Below, one piece after another: positions 1-12,878 of a DNA stretch of 53,890 nt. This stretch comes from Guillardia theta CCMP2712 (taxonomy: Eukaryota; Protista; Cryptophyta). Numbering within the stretch: the first letter of the stretch is position 1; each line of letters opens with the position of its first letter. The stretch covers positions 1-53,890 of the forward strand of contig NW_005434438.1 of the NCBI RefSeq assembly GCF_000315625.1, in the 5' to 3' direction. The translations under genes were made by a program, and so were the position numbers. The notes under the pieces were generated by a model that was given only the letters and a program-made list of their open reading frames with translations, was not told where the DNA came from and made no database searches.

Positions 1-1468
1 CTTGCCCCAACCCCCCACCTATCAACTGCTCACCTTCTTCATCCTCCTCTCCAGGATGGTTCCTGAAGTCCATCTGCACATATGCGCTCAGGGCGTCCAT
101 CCGCTTGCCATATTTGCGGTAGAGGCGGGCGACGAGCTCTGCCTCGCGTCCCTTCCACTCCCTGCAGATGCGGGGGAGGAACTCCGGGTCCTGCTGAACC
201 TTCTCTGGGTGGACCTTCTCGTAGTAGAGCCGGAGGACCTTGTAGAATGTGGAGTCCGCCTCACTGTCAGCGGCAGGATGCCGGATGTAGCCGTTGGGTA
301 TCGGCCTCCTGTCCTTGGCAGACTTGACCGGCGAGCTCCTCCTGCTCGGCCTCGCGGCTCCCGGAGCATGCGAACCTTCTTCTTCGTCGATCCCTGCGTC
401 TGTGAAGGGAGGATCAGCTCTGCCAAGGTCCATGCAAGGTCTACCTTCGTCCCCTGTCGGGGCTTGCATGCGACGATCTCCGAGCTAAGGAGAGTGAACA
501 TGAGAACCGAGGGACAGAGCAGAGCAAGCGCTCACATCCATGTGCATCATCACATACCCGGACCACGACACTCGGAGGAGGTCTCCCTGAACGAAACCGT
601 GAGACAAGGGAAAGAGGAGATGAAGGAACATTCTCACTTCTGACGTCGCGCAAACGATCCCAACTTTGTCCCTCGCTATGCAAGAGATAAACTTGCCATC
701 TGGATCCAAGATCAGACCCACAAGGCCTGACACAAGCTTGCAGTCGACCGGGGGGAGGCATCCGGTGCCTTAGCTGCAAGGTGTACTGATCTGCATCACT
801 CGAATTAGCCAACAGCCCTTTCTCCGCTCGCCCGCCTTGTGCTCGCGCACCTATGTCTCCCAACAGGGCAGGGATGGAGTATGACGGGATCTGAGCGACG
901 CGTGACTTGCTTGGAGAGAAAAGAGCAAGTCACCTTGATGAGTGAATAGAAAAGAACACTTCCACTCTCTGCTCATGGTCCAGCCATACTAGTAAGCGAT
1001 AGCGCAACGTTCTCAAGTCCTTCACCTGTCAGCACAGCAAGCTCCGTGCTGCCGTGCTTCCATATCACCTTGTTCCACACTTATTCTATACTCAGACAAG
1101 AGATAGCAAGTTTTACTTCTCGATTCCCATCCATCCCATCCATGTTGCTCCTGATATGCTGAGCAAGTAGGACCTAGGCATGAGAATCACTAACCTTCTG
1201 ACGATGGTCTCAGTTGCAAACCCTCTCAATTTTTCCTCCCCAGATGGAGAGACAAGAGCGAGTCAGAGACGCCAGGAACTTGTTCGTCTGCACTCGGCAA
1301 GTGACAAACAGGACGCAGCAAGCATGGCATCGCACATACCTTGTCGAACTTCATGCTCTTCACCACCTCGTCATTGGGTTCGCAGTCAAGAATCTGAGCA
1401 CCATCGTCCATCATTCAGTTCATGTTCCATGTTGCAATCACCTTGGGCGATGATAAGATGAACGCCAT
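1..1468 (-). CDS. RIC1-like (RAB6 GEF partner) WD40 protein, 5' part; multi-exon, runs off the window's left edge
   Basis: Splicing short GT-AG introns by eye from the ATG at 1468 gives MAFILSSPK|ILDCEPNDEVVKSMKFDK|TNKFLASLTRSCLSIWGGKIER|VLLAQHIRSN...GNRE|VIWKHGSTELAVLT|ESGSVLFYSLIK, which resembles the RIC1 N-terminus (LSIW...W.P....IAVLT). The exon at ~32-399 is open and ends in a gtgag donor. Confidence 0.55.
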
Positions 1469-2094
1469 GGTTGAGGCCGCGAGGAGGGACTGATGTCTTT
1501 ACGGCCTTGCAAGCTCCATGAAGTAGTTCAATCCGATCTCAATCCCTCCGTGCAGATGCATAGAATGCCATCATCTTCCACAACATTCATTCAGCACGCT
1601 CTGTTGCTCATTGTGACTATCTGCCTCCAGCCTGCTACATATATCCCTTCGCTCCTCCCTAGAATACATTTCTCGGCTACAATCGGTGCTGTATACAGGT
1701 CTCGCAACATAAAAGTGAAAAGAATCTCTCTCGCCTGCCATACCATGACCACCGTTGTACTCATGATCGCACTCGCACCATTGTCCGTCATCACTCGCTG
1801 CCTATCGATAGTTCCACTGCTCGGCTTCTCTTTCAACCCCCCCCCCCCGCCCCACCTCGCATCACATCAACATAGGCATGCGTATCCAGCTGCCTCCTCT
1901 AGATCGACATGCAACCATTCACCTTGCAACGGGCACAACAAGAGGACATCCTGTCATGCACTGCTCTCTCTCCTCCCGACTTCTCCCTGCCATCTTTCGC
2001 CTCGTCGCCCCTCGCCCCTCCCGCCATCCCGAATCCTGCTGGGATGTAACGACGCACAACGACTGGTGTAACTGTCTTATATAACTGTAAATTA

Positions 2095-2390
2095 GGGCCA
2101 GGCTACTCACCGTGCCGCAGTGCACGGGCCCGGCCCCCGGGCCCGGCGGCCGTGACGGCGTGACTCAATGGGCCGTACAGTCGCCACTCAGTACGGTCGG
2201 TCAGGTCAGTGGGCTCCGGGGCGCCGCCACCGGGCAGGTGAGCACGGCGGGCCAAGCCGCCTCGGCGGAGCCTCCGGGAGCCCGCCTCAGTACCGTACCG
2301 TCAGGTCCCATTGATGTCACAGTGGTTGCGGCGGACTCCCGGCCCACCTCCGAGGACTGTCTCGTGGCGTCAGGTACTACAGTATCATGA
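2095..2390. repeat. GC-rich scrambled intergenic island 1
   Basis: CpG-rich and built from GGCCC/CCGG/CAGTACGG/TGACTC words with local stutters (cagtaccgtaccg, ggtcggtcaggtcag). Same vocabulary as the six other islands. Confidence 0.7.
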
Positions 2391-2610
2391 GAGCATTCGC
2401 AACCTGCTGCCTCGTCGAGAGGGTGAAGTATCGCTGAAGCCATCCGCTCGACATGTCGGCAGGCGAGACGCGACCTGTTCCGAGAAGCCTCGGACTCTCT
2501 GAGCGAATGGAGCTCAGAGTCGAGAGCATGGTTTATTCAACAGATGGAGGAGGCCAAGAAGCAGAATGTCGAGACATACATCGGCACCGAAGGCACCGAG
2601 GGGACCTCCT

Positions 2611-3680
2611 TCATCTCCATGACTCTCCTAGGCATTTCCTCGATGTTTGTTCGCAAGAACCGCGGGTGTAAACGCAGGCAAGGTCGCAGGAATAATATCT
2701 TCCAGTCCCGCTTCCAACGATCGTGCATCGAACTTCGGACGTATCCGGCCCGGTGTAGACGACCGGCAGCCCTTCCGGATTCGAATCAGGCCGCAGTTCG
2801 TAAGGTGCGTAGCTCTTGTTGCAGACGCAGTAGGTGCTGCCGACGGACGACGTGTTCAACCGCTGTTTCCAGGCATTGGACGACGTGCTGTTTCCAGGCA
2901 TTGGACGACGTGCTGTTTCCAGGCATTAGACGAAGTGCTGTTGAAGGAGTACGTGCCTGCCGGACAGCGCGTGCAGGGGACGTTGTTGTTGGGATTGATC
3001 GGATTGCCGTAGTAGCCCTGAGGAAGGCAGTAGCAAGAAAGAAAGTAGCCCTTCTTTGGCTCGTAATAGATCTCTGTATTGGTCTTGAAAGCAAAGCCCT
3101 CTGTCACGCAGAACAGGATCTGACAGGAAGCAAGCGAAGGGCTAAGGGCCGGTGCAGATTTTCCGCTGACCGGCGGGCTGTAGGGATCGTACTAACAATC
3201 TGTGTAGAAGTGTAGTTGCCATCGATCGGGACGCTGGGCAGAAATCGGGCGTTATTTCGTAGAAGGAAAGCACCAGAAGGTTTTCGCTTGCAAGGATGAT
3301 CGAACGCTTCTTAATGTCAGGTGTGAATTTGCTGAACGTGACACCATTGACCTGTTTGAAGTCTTTGACCTGCCGATTCTTCGCGTCTACAAGCGGCTGC
3401 AATCTACCGTCAGTGGCAGCTATCAAGAAGGAACGCTTCGTTCCCCACCGCCGCAACCGATCCTGGAATGTTGACAAGGAAAAGGGAGTTGGATGACATC
3501 ACCCAGACGGCCCGGTATCCGTCTTGTGCGCATAGGCCTTGCGGATTTGATTCAGACGAAATGCTCCTGATTGCTTAGATCGAGGCTGAGGGCTCCTTTC
3601 CGGCTGAGGTTTCTTTCCTCCTCTTCCTTGTTTCGAGGTCATGAATCAACCAATTCGCTTCCAGACTCATGATGTTGGCG
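2611..3680 (-). pseudogene. Degenerate Cys-rich (GCC2/GCC3, ephrin-receptor-like repeat) protein gene
   Basis: Fragments CYCLPQGYYG...PCTRCPAGTYS and NTSSVGSTYCVCN lie in different frames, separated by stops, frameshifts and a 25-nt tandem triplication. No introns seen. Confidence 0.6.
2862..2942. repeat. 25-bp tandem repeat, 3 copies plus a partial
   Basis: Unit gctgtttccaggcattggacgacgt at 2862, 2887 and 2912 (third copy has 2 mismatches). Confidence 0.9.
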
Positions 3681-3709
3681 GCTAGTATACACAACACAAA
3701 GATTGTCAA

Positions 3710-3775
3710 TGAAGGACACAATCTACAAGAACATTCTATTGTTTTAGTTAGAGGAGGAAGAGCCGTTGATTTACT
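3710..3775 (+). pseudogene. rps12: Organellar (probably mitochondrial) rps12 fragment, NUMT
   Basis: Translates EGHNLQEHSIVLVRGGRAVDL, the S12 signature. AT-rich codon usage unlike the flanking nuclear DNA. Confidence 0.85.
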
Positions 3776-3789
3776 ACCGGCATTTTTAG

Positions 3790-4083
<294 letters not shown>

Positions 4084-4800
4084 TAAACTCCTCCCTTTCC
4101 TCCTCCGAGGCTCTATCCCTTCATCTTTCCCTCTTTCCCTTCTTCCTCCCTCCTTCCTCCTTCTGAGGCTCTCCTTCCCTTCCGGGCCTTCTCTTTCCTC
4201 TTTGACTCTATCGCTTCTCTCTCCTTGTCTCTCCCTCACATCACCTGACCTCTCCCTTCCCTCTCCCTGTCCTGCTCTTTCCCTCTCTCCTCTTCCGAGG
4301 GGAGAGAAGGTATGCGGGGTGGTCCAACAAGGGGGAGGGAGGTCACCGGAAGCTAAGAGATGGTACAGCTGGAGCTGAGAGGTGAAGGAGGCAAGACAGG
4401 ACCTCAAGGACATGAGGCTGCAAGAAGATGGAGACACCAATAACCTGCCATGATCGGCGCATGAAGGCATGCCGATGGGGGTAGGAGCAGGTGGGCTTGA
4501 GAGGGCGGGTTTGCAAGCATGCATGGTGGTATGGGACTTATACGATTGGGATCCGAATCTTTATTCATTGATCATCTCGATCCCACGGGCTCCACAGATT
4601 GATTGGTTTGAATGGATCTCGCATCTATTCTCAACTATGGGTGATCTTGGTTTGTGCATCTCATTCCTGGTTGCAGCGGTTGGATCGATGGAACCCGATG
4701 ATCTTGATATAGCCTATGTGATATTCTTGTTGATTGCTATGATTCTCATGATCTGCATCAGTTCCCTTATTGCCTTATTAAAAGGGTACTCGCATGAAAA

Positions 4801-4801
4801 A

Positions 4802-4897
<96 letters not shown>

Positions 4898-5470
4898 GAG
4901 ATGATGATTGAGATGATGATGATGATGATAGATGATGATTGAGATGATGATGATGATGATTGAGATGACGATGATGATGATTGAGATGATGATGATGATN
5001 NNNNNNNNNNNNNNNNNNNNNNNNNNNNNNNNNNNNNNNNNNNNNNNNNNNNNNNNNNNNNNNNNNNNNNNNNNNNNNNNNNNNNNNNNNNNNNNNNNNG
5101 ATGATGATTGAGATGATGATGATTGAGATGATGATTGAGATGATGATTGAGATGATGATTGAGATGATGATTGAGATGATGATGATTGAGATGATGATGA
5201 AGGAGAAGGAAAACAAGAAGAAGATGGAAATGACAATGTTGGTAATAATGAGCAAAATGATGATGACTGTGATGATTATATACATGAATGGATTTAACGA
5301 CGAAGGATATCTTGATATTGATGAAGGAGATCATGGAAGGGATGATGATGGTGAAGGAAGAGATGATGATGTTGACGATGATGAAGGAGATGATGGAGGT
5401 AATGAAGAAGAAAAAGAAGATGATGAAGATGAAGTTGGAGATGATGATGATGATGCAAGTGATAATGGTC
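4801..5470. repeat. (GAT)n microsatellite with GATTGA variants and a degenerate GAT/GAA tail; contains an ~100-N assembly gap (~5000-5099)
   Basis: Directly visible. Confidence 0.95.
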
Positions 5471-5836
5471 ATATCCTGGTGGTGTTTTCGCGGCAGCGCG
5501 CCAACTTTCGCTCTGCGTCGCTGTTCAGTATGGACGGACGGTTTTGTTGAGAGTGTTCATGTACTGGGCATCATCCATTCTCTTGGTCGGCATTTGTCTC
5601 GAGGTGTATCGAATGATCTAGATCATTACATTCTCCGTCGAACGATGCAATCTCTGATCCAACAGGAAGCTTCACATATATTTGTTGCCTGAGCTACAAT
5701 GCTCGTCATGGTGACTGCTGCCATGGATCTAACCCATGACCTCATGAGCCGTCAATCATCTGTAGCCGCTAGAGCTACTACAAGCCCTCCACTCTTTCAG
5801 CGCACATCAACGTCAAAGATCGCAGTCCCTCATCCT

Positions 5837-7108
5837 TTATGTTGTCGCCTCATCGCCTCCCTCCAGTTGCTCTTCCCTCTGAGACCTTGCCTTATCTACG
5901 ATCTGGATCCTGATCTCCGCTCCCTTTAGCCATGCCACGTCCCCCTTGGACAAGAACATCGCGTGCTGAGTAACGTTTTCCACTTGCTGCTTCTCCATCT
6001 CACTTGCTGTCTTCTCGTTCGTGAAAACCTGAGCTCGTCTCCAACATGCTTTCCCCTCAAGCTCTGAGGGTAGAACAAACACAAAGCATACCCTCTCAAA
6101 CTTGTTCTTGGCTCGTAGAGCTGTCAATATCTTACATAGTGGTCCAAGCTTGATAGGATGTTCTTCTGCCCGTGTCATCTGGAACATGTAGAGGACCTCC
6201 TGATCTGACAATAAAAGCGCATCCATGCAAGGGAAGTTCAATGCCTTGGGCTTGCAATATGTGTTCTTCATGAACTTCCACTCGTTGAGTCCTGTTGTTG
6301 AAAACTCAAAGTATGCCTGCGACTTCTTCATATGCAAATCTATCTCTTCCCTTGCCCCTTCATCATCCTCACCCGACCCTAGACTGCGCAATCTATATCT
6401 GTTTCCTCCTTTCTTCAGCACCTCATGCGCAAAGCATTCAAAAACCAGGCCTGCCGCCGTATACAACCTAGAATCAGAGCCTGAGAAAGCCAGGTTTACA
6501 AGTCCATCCCAGTCTGTTTTGACAAGTTGCTCAAAGATCTTCTCCGCGGCCTTCTGCGAGCATGCTCGAGCACTGATAGTCTTGTAGTCTGAGCATGGGA
6601 CCAGGTGAATCAGGCTCGATGGCAATCCCAGGTCTTCGTTCACTGCTGCTCTCATCTTTTCCTGTAGCGAGGAAATTGAGGTTATCGTCTGTATCGCCTG
6701 CTCAAGTGTGTCTACAGGCCTCACTATGACATTTCTTGGTACGTTCCCCCAATCCTTGACGACGTTCCTTGCTTCTTCTTCGTTAACGCGATCCTCTTAC
6801 ATCTCGATGAAGATTGACATCTCCTCATCAGTCCATGTTGGCAGAAAATATCGCCCAGCTCCATTGTTCAGAATGTCCTTGAACCCTCCAAGCTTGGGTG
6901 AAGACAGTATGATTGTCTTTACCGAACGTGACAACACGTAGTTCCCCTGACCTTTGTACAGGTCGCAGATGTACCACCCTCGGAAAGTGGAGAGGAAAGT
7001 TGCAGAAACGGCGGCATCTCTAAACCGACTCCATTCTGTCCCATCAAAGTACCAGTACTCGGTTCCTACCTGATAGACTACTTCCTCATCAGAACCAAGA
7101 AGACTCAT
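5837..7108 (-). pseudogene. Crinkler/RHS-type P-loop NTPase + PD-(D/E)XK nuclease gene, truncated and interrupted
   Basis: Motifs VVYQ, WYICD, IILSSP, YFLPTWTDEE, WGNVPR, GLVFECFAH, YCKPKALNFPCMDAL, FQMTRAEEHPIK and FVFVLP. The two ORFs are in the same frame, split by TAA at 6797-6799. No Walker A upstream. Confidence 0.75.
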
Positions 7109-8154
7109 TGTCTGTGGAGTTGGAAATAGTTTGGTCTGGCCAGTGAGGTGGAGGTTGATTCGATTACAAAGAGAAAATTTTCTCTTTGTTCTCAGTTCTC
7201 AATTTTTACTATTGTTGCGCAACCGTGATTAACCGTACGGTCTGAACTGGAACAAAGAGTAATTTCTGTTCCTTGTTGTCACGGATTCATTTGAGTCGCC
7301 GGTGATTCGATGACAGTGTGTGGAAATCGCTGTTTGGAACGGTTGGATTCGATGTTTTGGGGACGTTGCATTCTTCCTTGTGCTTGGAAGTTGTTTAGAA
7401 GGTCGGAGTTGATTTTTTGTGGGACATTGCTATTAAGTTTGGACATTCAAGCCCACTGCTTTTAACATGGGCGGTGGAAAACTGGATTTGAGCGAGCCCG
7501 CCGGGAGTTGATGAAGACTCATCCTGACTTACAGATGGACAAATAAGGATCTGTGACTTCACAGGAGGAATTAGATGACTTGCTACTTCCGATTCAGAAT
7601 GCAATGAATCAATACAGAACAGGCCTGGGTATGTGTTTGATCCCATTGATACGAGAGTTCCCGCTTGATCAACTTGGAAATTTTGGTGGTGAATTTCATA
7701 CAGTATGGGAAAAGAACAGAAGTGTGACTGTTTCATGGCGTCATGGTTCAGATGAAAATTCTGCTCAATAAGTACGGTTGGAAGATGTAGCAGGAGAAGA
7801 GTCGGTAAAAGCTAAGTTGGAAATGATTTTGGTGGAGGAGCTGGTCAAGCAGTGTTATCTTTCAGACTTGCGGCTGATATTCGAGATGTGGCACGCTTGA
7901 AAATAAGCGGATGCAGAAAAGCCGTCTGAAGGTGGAGGCCCGGAACGCGCGGTCGTGGTTGGCATCCGAGTCCGATCAGGCAATGCGCGGCAGGGGAGCT
8001 TACCATGTTGATGGATCTCGAGGCGGCCACCGTGTGGGAGGGCATGGTGCCGTACGACATGGTGATCTGCACGAGCCTATCACCATCGGACGCAGCTTGT
8101 GCAGATCCTCGGAGGATGACGACGCCCCGCGTGGACCTCTTCTTCCGGCGGCAT

Positions 8155-8815
8155 CCTCCTACCCCCCCAGTACCGTCGGATCGGATGGCGGGCCATCAGA
8201 TGGCGGGCCTCCTTCCGCCAGCCTCAGGAGGCTTCCTGTTCCTCCGGGCGGGGCCCGGCGGGCTCGGCCCGGAGTCCGATCAGGGGTGCGCGCCCACTGT
8301 GAGAGGCCACTGCCAGGCCGCCGCGCAGGCGGCGCCCGCGGCCGCAGCCCGGCCTGCCCGGAAGGAGGCCGCTACCGTGAGCGGCTGGACTCCAGTGGGA
8401 TCAGTGAGATGGCCGCGCTGCCCCGGGCACGGGGGCGGGCGGGAACGGCGGCGCGGCGGTTACAATGGCCTCAGGGCCGGCGACCCGCCGCCTTCAGTTC
8501 CGAAGTTCGGCGGATCCGACCGGCGTGATTCCGAGCAGTGGCCCCGGGCCGTACTACCTTACGGCGGGCTGGCCGCCCGGCCGCCACTGACTCGTGACTC
8601 CGAGCCGCGGCCGCGCCGGCCGGGCGGGGAGAGGGCGGGCCGCCGGCCGCCGACTGACTGGCATGCGGCGGCCGGGCCCGGCCGGGCCAAAAGTTGCGCG
8701 CTGCGGCCAACTTGCTGCTCAGCAGTGCCGGACCGGGACTCCGAGCCGACTCCGGCGAGCCGGAGGCTTCGGCGAGTTCTTTACTCAAAGTTAATTAAGT
8801 TAAAAATCAGTTACC
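8155..8815. repeat. GC-rich scrambled intergenic island 2
   Basis: Very GC-rich; ends with the core CTTTACTCAAAGTTAA at 8779-8794. Confidence 0.8.
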
Positions 8816-8990
8816 AATGGGGCATGTAAGTTGAGGCGAGCTTGCAGCTCTACGTCCTTCTCTTGGTCTCTCCGACTCGTGACATGGCGAGGCGAGTCGG
8901 GCCGGCGGCGGTGATAAAAGCGACCAGCAAGAAATGAGGGCGGCTGCCGGCGAGGCCCGAGCTTGACGTGCAGCATGCAGGCGTAAGCTT

Positions 8991-9210
8991 CAGGACGTGA
9001 GCTGCTGATGTTCATAGAAGAGACGATCTGCTTCAGGATGTGAGCTGCTAATGTTCATAGAAGAGACGATCTGCTTTAGCAGGACGTGAGCTGCTGATGT
9101 TCGTAGAAGAGACGATCTGCTTTAGCAGGACGTGAGCTGCTGATGTTCGTAGAAGAGACGATCTGCTTCAGGACGTGAGCTGCTGATGTTCGTAGAAGAG
9201 ACGATCTGCT
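8991..9210. repeat. Minisatellite, 5 copies of a 43/46-bp unit
   Basis: caggacgtgagctgctgatgttc(a/g)tagaagagacgatctgctt(tag) starting at 8991, 9034, 9080, 9126 and 9169. Confidence 0.95.
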
Positions 9211-9672
9211 CATGAGCAAGCTGCGTCCGAAGCAGAGAAAACGAGCCGCCGGTCAAAGTGAAATTGAGGAAAGGAGAGCTGTAGAGAGAGAGCCGCTGGC
9301 GGGGAGAAGACTGATGAAGCTCAGCGAGAGATAAGTTTTGACAACAGGAAGAGAGTAGCTTTCAGCTTCATGGCAGAAGCCGCATTAATCGCCTAGATAA
9401 ATCGCCTAGCTATGCAAGGGTATTTAGCGAGTCACAGGTGTAGGCAGAAGTTACTTTACCAGCAACGAAAACTTGACGAAAAGAAATAATTGAAGAGTAT
9501 GGGTTTTCATGAGAATCCAGATGGCATAGTAGATTCGCATGTATCAATGGCTTGAGGTCAAGAATTAGCCTGACGGTCTGATTCGTCTGACTTGAAGGAA
9601 GCATGGTTCAAGGGAGTCGAGCGCTTGAGACTGATTCCTTCCAGCAGGGGGCAACATGCCTCGACATAGTCT

Positions 9673-12600
9673 ATGCTAGACCCGATGAATGCTGACCAGA
9701 ACGCGCGCAAGGAGAATAACAGCAAGCATGAAGATGACAACATACCGTTGAAGCATGTTGGACCAAAGATTGAGGTTGAAAGCTCAAAATTTTCTGTGAA
9801 TGGAAAACGATTATACAACCAGGTATTGTTCTGCTCTCTTGTATGTGAGAGATGTGTTTGTTGAAGTTAGACATCAATCAGGCTGTTCACAGCGGAAGTC
9901 CCAATAGCAGACGCACCGATCCTAGCTCTGCGTGGGGCCAGGCGTCCAACGGTAGAGAGGAGCGCATTGCTGATGAGCAAGAAGAGAAGCATAGCGGTGT
10001 TGTCTTGTTGTCTCCTGACATCCAGCAAATGTGACTCTGCTCCTCCCTTGCCCAACAGGAGGACCTATGATCAGTCCACCACTTGCTCCAGTCTTGTGCG
10101 ATGAGATGTATGGAGCTACCTCTGGCAAAGAAGACTCGAAGGCTGAGATCGAAAACGACAACAACGACTCATGTAATCTCGCTTCTCCCATCTCTGCGAT
10201 CAGACACTCGGATGGCTTTGATGAATTCGAGTCGCCTGACAGCATCGACCTTGAAGACGAGCATCCGAGTGATCGGAGAAACATTCACAACTATGAAGTA
10301 AGTACTGAGATGATTTTATGTTGCATGTGCTCAGACTGTTGTGCTCCAGAACAAAGTGAAGGCGTCGAAGCGATTGTACGCGGACGACATGCCTCCTTTC
10401 ATCGTCAAACAAGACGCAAGTGATAGAGAATTTTCGCCGCGGTCTGTCCAGAGATTGCACGCGCATGAGGCCGAGGAGAGGATCATGGGCATACAAGACA
10501 AGAAGACCGTCGGCCCGCACGACCTTTCCTACCAGGCGGGAGATGGGGACAGCGATCGCCGCATGAGGGTGAGTCGATGAATCAGCGTTGGAGGTCCCTT
10601 CTTCCCCCTCAGCCCTGACGACCTGGAGCAGGACACGGAAAGAAACACTTCGTTACAGGAGGAACCGAGTGCTCAAGGTGAACTGCATGCTTTGAGGTCT
10701 AGAAACAAACTGCTAGAAGACAAACTTTTTCAAGCCAGCGTTGAAGCCGCTCGAGCTGAAAACAAGATCCGGCTATTGGAGACTTCTCTTGACCAGAAGC
10801 AGAGCATGCTCCAAGAGCTGTCTTGTGAAGATTACGAGTTGAGGCACTTCGAAGCAAACAAACAGAAACAAAGAGCGCAAGAAGTTCTCATCAAGACTCA
10901 GTTCTTTGCGCAAGAATTGTTTGTATCTATCAGGCTTGCAAAGGAAGAAGCAGAGCTTAGCTGGAGTGAGCTTCAAGAAAATCTGCACAGGATTCAAAGG
11001 AATTGCGAAGAGAAAGACATCATGTTCAAACACTACCTAGGGAAGTACAAAGAGTTGTCGGCCAAGTGGAAGGAACAACAAGAAAATCAAAAGTTGAACG
11101 ACAATCAAGGACAGACGATTTGGCACCTCCGGAGTCGTGTGCAAGAGCTCGAGAGGCAGTTAGCGTCAGAGGTTGACTCGCATTTGAAGCTGAAGTCGAT
11201 GTTTAAGTCGAGAGAGAGAGAGATGGTTGAACTCAAGAAGAGGAACGCCCGGCTAGCAAACGAGATGGAAGAGCAGCGAAATCATCGGGAAATCTCACTG
11301 ATTGAGAATGAAGAACTCCGGAGAGAGATCGCTCGAGTGTTGGACAGCGAGCAAAGAATGTCGTTTGACAATGAAAACCTCAAGAGTCAGATTGCTGTTG
11401 TCGAGAAACAGTGTGAAGACCTCAGAAAAGAAAACGAGGAACTGAAGCATGTCAACAGCCTCTGCTCCAAGAGTGCGAGCGCGACTAGTCACGACTTGAC
11501 CAAGCTCAAGAAGGAGCTTGAGGCATCCAGAGTGCAGCTTAAGGAACGAGACTCTGAGCTCCTCACGTCGAGAGCTGACATGAAGCTGCTCAAGCTGAGA
11601 GTCAAGCAGCTGGAGGATCATAGCAGCAAGTTGTCGCACCAGCAGGAATCAGAAGTCATCAAGAGTGTTGCCAGTGTCGAAGTTTCTCACAGCAGCTTCA
11701 AGAATCAGAAACCAGAGCAAGAGGCGGATGGAGCTCTTACAGTGAGAGGCACGGAAGCGACGAGCATGGAGCTTGCGATGAAGAACTGGAAGGAAGCCTA
11801 CCTCGACACCTCCTTCCCCTTCTTCTTGAACTTCGTACGTGAGAGCTCCGAAAGGCTGGCGATAGTGAAGCAGATGACGTTGGAAATGGAGGCAAGCTGT
11901 GACCGGTTGACTTACGAGCTGAACTCGACCAAGTTCAAGAGCTCGAGGCTCGAGAGGAGGCTCATGGAGACTGAGAGGTCGAGACATGAGCTGACCATGA
12001 TGATGCATGAACGAAGTTCCCAGCTCGACAGCCCCGCGAGTCTGACCGCCAACCTCCGACTGTCACGGCTTGATCGTCAGCAGAATCGATCGGACGACAG
12101 CAGAGGACACGAGCACAACGACCTGCACCTGCTCCAGGAGCTGAGAGACACAAAGGTGCAGCTGGTGGAGCTTGAGGCGTTCATGTCGATCTTGGAAGAG
12201 GAGAAGAACTCAGCTAAGGCAGAGCTGGCGGTGACTCATCGCATGCTCATGAGCGTCAGCGGCTCTCTGAGCGCCTCCCACCTGCCATCGCTCGCCATGG
12301 GCGATGCTTCCTCTGCTCTGTGGAACAACATCAAGGATCTTGAGCGCCTGTTCAAGGAGGCTCAAAGGTTCTTCGAGCATCACAAGGAAACGACCTTTTT
12401 CAAGGAGATGGCGGAGATGAAGAAGTCCATCTCCTTCCATGCCCTCCCACAGAGACCCTCTCCTTCCTTGCAGCCTCCGCAGGAGCCTCTAGCGACAACT
12501 TCTGCTCCCCTCCTCAAGTCCTTCCAGCGAGGTTCGACCAGGAGGAGCGGAGCTGAGCGAGATGCTGCGGAGAAGCGGGGAGAGCCGCCATCTTTCTTCT

Positions 12601-12734
12601 CCGCAGCGACTCTGCTGAAATCCCCTCGGACGCTCGCGCACAGGCAGCAGCTGAAGGCTCAGTCGCAAGAATCCTCTACCCTCTCCAACGCGTCGCAGCG
12701 AGTGAGGGAGATTCAGAGGCTGCTGGGAAGATGA
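9673..12734 (+). CDS. Large coiled-coil protein of unknown function; several short 5' exons plus one long exon
   Basis: 680-codon E/K/Q/L-rich ORF at 10692-12734, with upstream coding-like segments separated by short GT-AG introns. Start uncertain. Confidence 0.7.
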
Positions 12735-12878
12735 TGGGGAGGGGGAGACGGGAGGGAGCAGCAGAGGAAGAGAAAGGAGGGAGAGGGGATTGGGTTACTG
12801 GCATGACTGAAATATGATTCACTAATCGCACACTGTTTTGCACTTCTACCGCAAGAGCCACAGCTCTTCATGTCCTCG

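Noticed and set aside
2-643. 213-aa plus-strand ORF
   Set aside because: Antisense shadow of the minus-strand exons.
4469-5692. Poly-Met/His/Ile/Ser/Asp ORFs
   Set aside because: Translations of the (GAT)n microsatellite and the N gap.
7911-8829. Long Arg/Gly/Pro/Ala-rich ORFs
   Set aside because: Stop-poor GC-rich island; no domain signal.
8991-9210. Possible CRISPR array
   Set aside because: No unique spacers, no cas genes, eukaryotic context; a plain tandem repeat.
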